A stretch of DNA of 64,000 nt from Macrostomum hystrix (Eukaryota > Animalia > Platyhelminthes), in the NCBI GenBank assembly GCA_950097015.1, contig CATNEN010000031.1, positions 2,046,001 through 2,110,000 of the forward strand, written 5' to 3'. The notes beneath the pieces were generated by a model. The model did no database searches, had not been told where the DNA came from, and saw only the letters and a list, made by a program, of their open reading frames with translations. Positions 56,801 through 64,000 of this stretch are shown here, in pieces (the stretch's first letter is position 1; each line of letters begins with the position of its first letter). Made by a program: the position numbers and the translations under genes.

Positions 56801-59800
56801 AGCTGGGACTGGAGACGGTCGCGCTCGCCGGCCCGATCGACCCGCTCCTGCTCGAGCTGCTGCCGCATCCGGCCCAGCTCGGACACGGCCTGGTCTCTGC
56901 GGATTGTTTAACCATTAGAGACCTAGTCAGAGAGTCTATGTCCCAACCCTCCAGCCAACCACCGCGCGGCATGTCGTGCAAATGTAGTTGTCGTCCCTTG
57001 TTGTATTTGCTAATCAATTCTATTTGCAATGTCTGTACTATAATAATTGCAGGAGGGCTATGGACAATGGCACATCATTTGGTGACACTAGACCCGCAGC
57101 CAGCGAGGAGGCAATAATGCCCATTTTGCTGACTCCTGAGCACACACGCACCAGATACCGTACACGGGCACTCGCTCACACAGTTGTGTACATCTGGCCT
57201 GACTTTCTCATCGTCAGCCAGTGTTAACTTTCACTGTGCACTCAAATGGCGTAAATCGCACGACAAGCCCCCAAGCCTTCTCTCTGCGGCTGCACCCCAA
57301 AATTAAATTGGCCTGGCCGCGGAATCAAGCGGTTAACCGCTCAGCCACCGACTCTCTATATATCTATCTGTACAATACCATCTTTAGTATTTCTCTATCG
57401 ATTTCCCCCAACCCCCTTTTACCCCTCTCCACTCATTAGTGGCCTACCTAACTCAATTGTCCACTCGATTCTAGAGCTTTCCCACCCGAGTCTCGCACCT
57501 GTGCAACGCCGCCCTGGTGGCAGCGCTGGCCAGCTCGTCCCGACCGCGCGTCAGCTCGCCCTCGTGCAGCCGCAGCATCGACCTGGCCTCCTCCAGCTGC
57601 TGACCGAGGCTGCGCTTCTCCCCGCCCAGCCTCTCCAACTTGGCTCCGGCCGCCGCCAGCTCGTCCTCGGCGTCGCGCAGTCGTCGGCGAAGTCCGGCCA
57701 GCTCGGCGTCGGCCTGTTCGCGAGCAGACGCTCGCGCCTCGTCAAGCCGGCGAGACTGGGCGGTCAGCAGCTCGTCGAGGCGGCCGCGCAAACCGAGGAG
57801 CTCGTCGGAGAGTTGGCGCTTCTCTAGCAGCGCGTTGGACTCTTCCAGCTTGGCCTGCTCCACCTGGATACGGGCCAATCGAATGGGATTTTCATGTGAG
57901 GATATAGATGGGATTTACGAAATTATAAAATTGTCGTAGTGTACAGCGATCGAAAAAAAATAGTTTAGCTCACCGTTTCAATGCTGGCAGTCAGCTGATC
58001 GTACAGCTCCTGCTCGCGCAGCCGCGACTCTTCCAGCTTGCGTTTCAATGACGTCACCGACTCAACGAGGCTGTCCCGCTCCCTGTATTGAGCCACAGGA
58101 TGGAGGTTTTGCAACAGTAAATGGCTAACTTCTATCTACTGATACTCATTATCGTAATTCTGCCTATATTTCTCACCTCATAGTCGTTTCTTGGGTGTTC
58201 CTGAATAATGTACAACTGTTCCAAACTGTACAACTGTTCCAACCTGTACAACTGTTCCAACCTGTACAACTGTTCCAAACTGTACAACTGTTCCAAACGG
58301 TACAACTGTTCCAACCTGTACAACTGTTCCAACCTGTACAACTGTTCCAACCTGTACAACTGTTCCAACCTGTACAACTGTTCCAACCTGTACAACTATT
58401 CCAAACGGTACAACTGTTCCAACCTGTACAACTGTTCCAACCTGTACAACTGTTCCAAACTGTACAACTGTTTCAAACTGTACAACTGTTCCAACCTGTA
58501 CAACTGTTCCAACCTGTACAACTGTTCCAACCTGTACAACTGTTCCAACCTGTACAACTGTTCCAACCTGTACAACTGTTCCAACCTGTACAACTGTTCC
58601 AACCTGTACAACTGTTCCAACCTGTACAACTGTTCCAACATGTACAACTGTTCCAAACTGTACAACTGTTCCAAACTGTACAACTGTTCCAACCTGTACA
58701 ACTGTTCAAAGCTGTACATCTGTTTCAACCTGTACTTCTGTTCCAAACTGTTAGTCAGTTGCCTTTTCCATCACCTGATCTGTCAATCAGTCCCCACCTG
58801 CCAATCAGTCCCCACCTGTCAATCAGTCCGCACCTGCCAATCAGTCCCCACCAGTCCTTTTCAAAATCACTCACCGGCGCAGGGTCTCAATGAGGCTGGC
58901 CTGACCCCCGGCGGAGGTAACCGGGAGGCCGGACCTGTCAATCATCACCGGCAGGGCGGAGAGGCCACCCGAGGCCAAGTCGGCGTTGTCGGACATCAGG
59001 CGGCGAACATCGGCCTTCAGCCGGTCCAGCTCTTCGTCGCGTTGAGCCATATCGGATCTGAGATTTAAAAGGTAGCAACAAGTTTAGATAGACGTGCCGA
59101 GAAGAAAATCTGGTTTGTTAGATGGCGAAGCTGCGGCAGCCACCGCCAACTCACCTGGCCTGCTTCAGCTGGGCCTCCAGCCGCTCGTTCCGCGTCTGAT
59201 GCATTGTACTGACGCGCTGCTGCAATAGAAAATGAATGACAACTGGTCAAAGATTATGGGATCTATGATGGGATGGGACAAGATCAAAGAGTTCCGACGG
59301 AATCAAATGGGATAGAATCAGAGAATGGGATTGGATCAGAGATTGGGATGGGATCAGAGAATGGGATGGGATCAGAGAATGGGATGGGATCAGAGAATGG
59401 GATGGGATCAGAGAATGGGATGGGATCAGAGAATGGGATTGGATCAGAGAATGGGATGGGATCAGAGAATGGGATGGGATCAGAGAATGGGATGGGATCA
59501 GAGAATGGGATGGGATCAGAGAATGGGATGGGATCAGAGAATGGGATGGGATCAGAGAATGGGATGGGATCAGAGAATGGGATGGGATCAGAGAATGGGA
59601 TGGGATCAGAGAATGGGATGGGATCAGAGAATGGGATTGGATCAGAGAATGGGATTGGATCAGAGAATGGGATTGGATCAGAGAATGGGATGGGATCAGA
59701 GAATGGGATTGGATCAGAGAATGGGATGGGATCAGAGAATGGGATTGGATCAGAGAATGGGATTGGATCAGAGAATGGGATGGGATCAGAGAATGGGATG

Positions 59801-61281
59801 GGATCAGAGAATGGGATGGGATCAGAGAATGGGATTGGATCAGAGAATGGGATGGGATCAGAGAATGGGATGGGATCAGAGAATGGGATTGGATCAGAGA
59901 ATGGGATGGGATCAGAGAATGGGATGGGATCAGAGAATGGGATGGGATCAGAGAATGGGATGGGATCAGAGAATGGGATAGGATTAAAGAATGAGATTGG
60001 ATCAGAGAATGGGATGGGATCAGAGAATGGGATGGGATCAGAGAATGGGATGGGATTAAAGAATGAGATTGGATCAGAGAATGGGATGGGATCAGAGAAT
60101 GGGATGGGATCAGAGAATGGGATGGGATCAGAGAATGGGATGGGATCAGAGAATGGGATTGGATCAGAGAATGGGATGGGATAAGAGAATGGGATGGGAT
60201 CAGAGAATGGGATGGGATCAGAGAATGGGATGGGATCAGAGAATGGGATGGGATCAGAGAATGGAATGGGATCAGAGAATGGAATGGGATCAGAGAATGG
60301 GATGGGATCAGAGAATGGGATCGGATTAAAGAATAAGAGCATAGGACGGGATTAAATAATTGGATGGGATCAAAAAAGATAATGGTCTCAAAGAAGCAAA
60401 GAAAAAGATAGGATCAAAGAAGAGGATGGGATCAAAGAAGAGGATGGGATCAAAGAAGAGGATGGGATCAAAGAAGAGGATGGGATCAAAGAAGAGGATG
60501 GGATCAAAGAAGAGGATGGGATCAAAGAAGAGGATGGGATCAAAGAAGAGGATGGGATCAAAGAAGATGATGGGATCAAAGAAGAGGATGGGATCAAAGA
60601 AGAGGATGGGATCAAAGAAGAGGATGGGATCAAAGAAGAGGATGGGATCAAAGAAGAGGATGGGATCAAAGAAGAGGATGGGATCAAAGAAGAGGATGGG
60701 ATCAAAGAAGAGGATGGGATCAAAGAAGAGGATGGGATCAAAGAAGAGGATGGGATCAAAGAAGAGGATGGGATCAAATAATCATAATGAGACAAAAACA
60801 TAAAATATTAAAGGGAACACAGATATTTTTCATGCGTACACAGGAGTGTACATCTACCCAGAATTTTTAATTGTCAGGCAGTGAACGTGCACACATTCAC
60901 TGTACTTTGGAGGTTGGCCCTTAGTGGCGCAAATTGCACGACAAGCCCCCAGCCTTCTCTCCGCGGCTGCGCCCCAAATTAATGTGGCCTCGCCATGGAT
61001 TCGAGCTCAGGACCTCGGTGCGAAAGGCAAAATTATTAACCGCATTTTCAAGCCCCCTGGAATGGGATGATAATGAGATCAGTGGGGAGGGGAAACTCAA
61101 GACAAGCAGGCAAGGTGCTCACCAGCTCCTCCTTGAACTGATCCACCGAGGCTCGAGTGATGTCCTGCAGGCTGGCTGTGGGCCGCATGGCGCCGCCGAC
61201 ATGGGAGGCCCGCCCGCTGGCCTGTTGCTGCAGCTGAAGGCATTCGTCAAGTTCAGATAGCAGGTCATGGCACGGGTCCAT
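53801..61281 (-). CDS. SDCCAG8: Serologically defined colon cancer antigen 8 homolog (centrosomal coiled-coil), >=550 aa; 5' end may extend further
   Basis: Phase-consistent exons 61281-61123, 59219-59155, 59057-58875, 58082-57974, 57863-57499, 56896-56410, 54085-53801. ERDSLVESVTSLKRKLEESRLREQELYDQL, READLLGQLAEQEARHE and AVQLLAGHSALQRERDLLAKEADFLRHQM align by memory with SDCCAG8 segments. Confidence 0.8.
54135..55940. repeat. Intronic array, ~26-30 bp unit (GGGAAAGACCACGCTATTTTACCCC with variable poly-C), ~60+ copies
   Basis: Visible directly in the last SDCCAG8 intron. Confidence 0.95.
57039..57353 (-). mobile_element. tRNA-derived SINE, family 1
   Basis: Reverse complement of the 47441 and 48731 copies, including the ATAATAATT tail. 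Confidence 0.78.
58209..58750. repeat. Intronic minisatellite, 18 bp unit (TGTACAACTGTTCCAACC), ~30 copies
   Basis: Visible directly; followed by ~21-bp repeats at 58780-58855. Confidence 0.95.
59275..60780. repeat. Intronic 18 bp arrays: GATCAGAGAATGGGATGG (to ~60345), then GATCAAAGAAGAGGATGG (~60405-60780)
   Basis: Visible directly in SDCCAG8 intron 59220-61122. Confidence 0.95.
60884..61045 (-). mobile_element. tRNA-derived SINE, family 1 (5' portion)
   Basis: GCACGACAAGCCCCCAGCCTTCTCTCCGCGG...TCGAGCTCAGGACC matches the other copies in reverse. Confidence 0.72.
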
Positions 61282-61589
61282 TTTAGATGAGAATCTATTC
61301 ATAGCATTATTTCTTAACCCAGCTGTGTATAGCCTGACTGCTAACTAATTCTCTCACTTTCTCTCAGTCTGTCTTATGAGACAGAATTTATAGCAGTATT
61401 TAATAACGTTCAACCCGGGCATCAGTTTGTTTAAAAAGGCAGCCGAGAATTGGGTGGGGGCTGATTACAAGAGCTCGTGTGCTCAAGGGGCTAGCAACTA
61501 GATATGACCCTGTACTGTGTCGCGAAGCGCAAACACTGCGCGATAATGAGAACCTTTTTATGTTAACAGAAATGATATGGAATGAGATG

Positions 61590-63240
61590 GGAGCTAAGTA
61601 GAGATGAGACAGTGAGATGGGAGCTGAGAAGAGATGAGACAGTGAGATTGGAGCTGAGTAGAGATGAGACAGTGAGATGGGAGCTGAGTAGAGATGAGAC
61701 AGTGAGATGGGAGCTGAGTAGAGATGAGACAGTGAGATTGGAGCTGAGTAGAGATGAGACAGTGAGATGGAGCTGAGTAGAGATGAGACAGTGAGATGGG
61801 AGCTGAGTAGAGATGAGACAGTGAGATGAGAGCTGAGTAGAGATGAGACAGTGAGATGGGAGCTCAGTAGAGATGAGACAGTGAGATTGGAGCTGAGTAG
61901 AGATGAGACAGTGAGATTGGAGCTGAGTAGAGATGAGACAGTGAGATTGGAGCTGAGTAGAGATGAGACAGTGAGATGAGAGCTGAGTAGAGATGAGACA
62001 GTGAGATTGGAGCTGAGTAGAGATGAGACAGTGAGATTGGAGCTGAGTAGAGATGAGACAGTGAGATTGGAGCTGAGTAGAGATGAGACAGTGAGATTGG
62101 AGCTGAGTAGAGATGAGACAGTGAGATTAGAGCTGAGTAGAGATGAGACAGTGAGATTGGAGCTGAGTAGAGATGAGACAGTGAGATGGGAGCTGAGTAG
62201 AGATGAGACAGTGAGATGAGAGCTGAGTAGAGATGAGACAGTGAGATTGGAGCTGACTAGAGATGAGACAGTGAGATTGGAGCTGAGTAGAGATGAGACA
62301 GTGAGATTGGAGCTGAGAAGAGATGAGACAGTGAGATTGGAGCTGAGTAGAGATGAGACAGTGAGATTAGAGCTGAGTAGAGATGAGACAGTGAGATTGG
62401 AGCTGAGAAGAGATGAGACAGTGAGATTAGAGCTGAGTAGAGATGAGACTGTGAGATTGGAGCTGAGTAGAGATGAGACAGTGAGATTGGAGCTGAGTAG
62501 AGATGAGACAGTGAGATGAGAGCTGAGTAGAGATGAGACAGTGAGATTGGAGCTGAGTAGAGATGAGACAGTGAGATGGGAGCTGAGTAGAGATGAGACA
62601 GTGAGATTGGAGCTGAGTAGAGATGAGACAGTGAGATTGGAGCTGAGTAGAGATGAGACAGTGAGATTGGAGCTGAGTAGAGATGAGACAGTGAGATGGG
62701 AGCTGATTAGAGATGAGACAGTGAGATTGGAGCTGAGTAGAGATGAGACAGTGAGATTGGAGCTGAGTAGAGATGAGACAGTGAGATTAGAGCTGAGAAG
62801 AGATGAGACAGTGAGATGGGAGCTGAGTAGAGATGAGACAGTGAGATGAGAGCTGAGTAGAGATGAGACAGTGAGATGAGAGCTGAGTAGAGATGAGACA
62901 GTGAGATTGGAGCTGAGTAGAGATGAGACAGTGAGATGGGAGCTGAGTAGAGATGAGACAGTGAGATGAGAGCTGAGTAGAGATGAGACAGTGAGATTGG
63001 AGCTGAGTAGAGATGAGACAGTGAGATTGGAGCTGAGTAGAGATGAGACAGTGAGATTGGAGCTGAGAAGAGATGAGACAGTGAGATTAGAGCTGAGTAG
63101 AGATGAGACAGTGAGATTGGAGCTGAGTAGAGATGAGACAGTGAGATTAGAGCTGAGTAGAGATGAGACAGTGAGATTGGAGCTGAGTAGAGATGCAACA
63201 GTGAGATTGGAGCTGAGTAGAGATGAGACAGTGAGATGAT
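61590..63240. repeat. Minisatellite, 30 bp unit (GAGCTGAGTAGAGATGAGACAGTGAGATTG), ~55 copies
   Basis: Exact 30-bp periodicity. Confidence 0.96.
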
Positions 63241-63252
63241 GAAAATCACTGC

Positions 63253-63530
63253 TCCTAATCTCAATCCTCATCCCAATCCCAATCCTAATCACCATCCTAA
63301 TCACATCCTAATTCTAATCCCAATCCTAATCCTAATCACATCCTAATCACATCCTAATCCTAATCCCAATCCTAATCCTAATCCCAATCCTAACCCTAAT
63401 CACATCCTAATCCTAATCACATCCTAATCCTAATCCTAATCCTAATCCTAATCATATCCTAATCCTAATCCTAATCCTAATCCTAATCCTAATCACCATC
63501 CTAATCCCAGTCCTAATCACAATCCTTAAT
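63253..63530. repeat. Degenerate (CCTAAT)n hexamer tract, i.e. (TTAGGA)n on the minus strand
   Basis: Visible directly; one canonical CCTAACCCTAA near 63389. Confidence 0.85.
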
Positions 63531-64000
63531 CCGAATCCTGTTCCATCACTAAAGCTCACTTGACATCCAAAGTCTTTTCCAAAAAAGCCGAAGTATAAGA
63601 GCGAAAAAGCGCAAAACAACAGGAGTGAAGCATAAATACGATCGAGAATAGGAAAAAAGTAAAAGCCTATTAATTTGCTGCTCCTCAAGACTTATGAATT
63701 GCTCATGGTATAACAAATGTAAAGTTGAAAATACTTTTTCGAATTTCGAATTTTCGTTTTTCAATTTTTTAAATATTTTTTTCGGATAAAAGGTTAGTAG
63801 AGCATAGGTCAGATTTCAGCCAATCAAAAGGAATCTGCGTTCTGATAGATTGATCAGATGATAGATTTGCAACCAATGATAAGAGGACTGCAGTTCAATA
63901 TGCATTATAATACATTAGCTGCCCATTACAACAAATTTGCAACACAGAAAAAACATCTAAAAAGTGACTGATAATTAAAAGACCAGAGAAAATTTATTCT

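Noticed and set aside
61480-61500. RFX X-box upstream of the ciliary gene SDCCAG8 (CTAGCAAC)
   Set aside because: Only a half-site; no full GTTNCC-N-RGCAAC palindrome was found near either ciliary gene.
9950-63240. CRISPR-like appearance of the regular arrays
   Set aside because: The units are head-to-tail with no unique spacers, there are no cas genes, and the context is eukaryotic and intron-containing.
58132-63304. Long repetitive ORFs (e.g. 61400-63304 634 aa, 59284-60342, 59273-60184, 58195-58893)
   Set aside because: They are translations of 18- and 30-bp tandem arrays, open because the unit length is a multiple of 3, often in several frames on both strands. Those at 58-60 kb lie inside well-defined introns.

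Overview
Eukaryotic (animal) genomic DNA, not prokaryotic. It has GC-rich Ala/Leu-rich exons, AT-rich introns, GT-AG splicing and very many minisatellites. The style is reminiscent of the flatworm Macrostomum, but that is unverified inference. Spliced gene models with consistent exon phases: (1) a 5'-partial membrane protein with TNFR-like Cys repeat, cadherin/Ig-like ectodomain and DC-STAMP/OC-STAMP-like region (+, 1532-8381); (2) intronless prefoldin subunit 3/VBP1 (-); (3) a BEN-domain gene inside a 3.8-kb CCC...GGG TIR element with 2-bp TSD (12991-16812); (4) a 7-exon Slo/BK channel (+, 19784-27300); (5-6) two direct copies of a divergent CK1-family kinase with a ~98% identical core and diverged ends; (7) ODF2/cenexin (-), whose first intron holds (8) an antisense nested pseudouridine-5'-phosphate glycosidase/pseudouridine kinase fusion gene; (9) SDCCAG8 (-) directly upstream of ODF2. 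Between the kinase copies lie a 515-bp-arm fold-back of a Ty3/Gypsy pol fragment and Crypton-like remnants. Two tRNA-derived SINE families, Merlin-like, Tc1-like and LINE remnants, and about 20 tandem arrays are also present. Most long ORFs in the supplied track are repeat-derived or antisense shadows. The best leads are the BEN-carrying TIR element, the Gypsy hairpin, the mosaic kinase pair, and arrays that appear seeded from splice sites or transposon ends.
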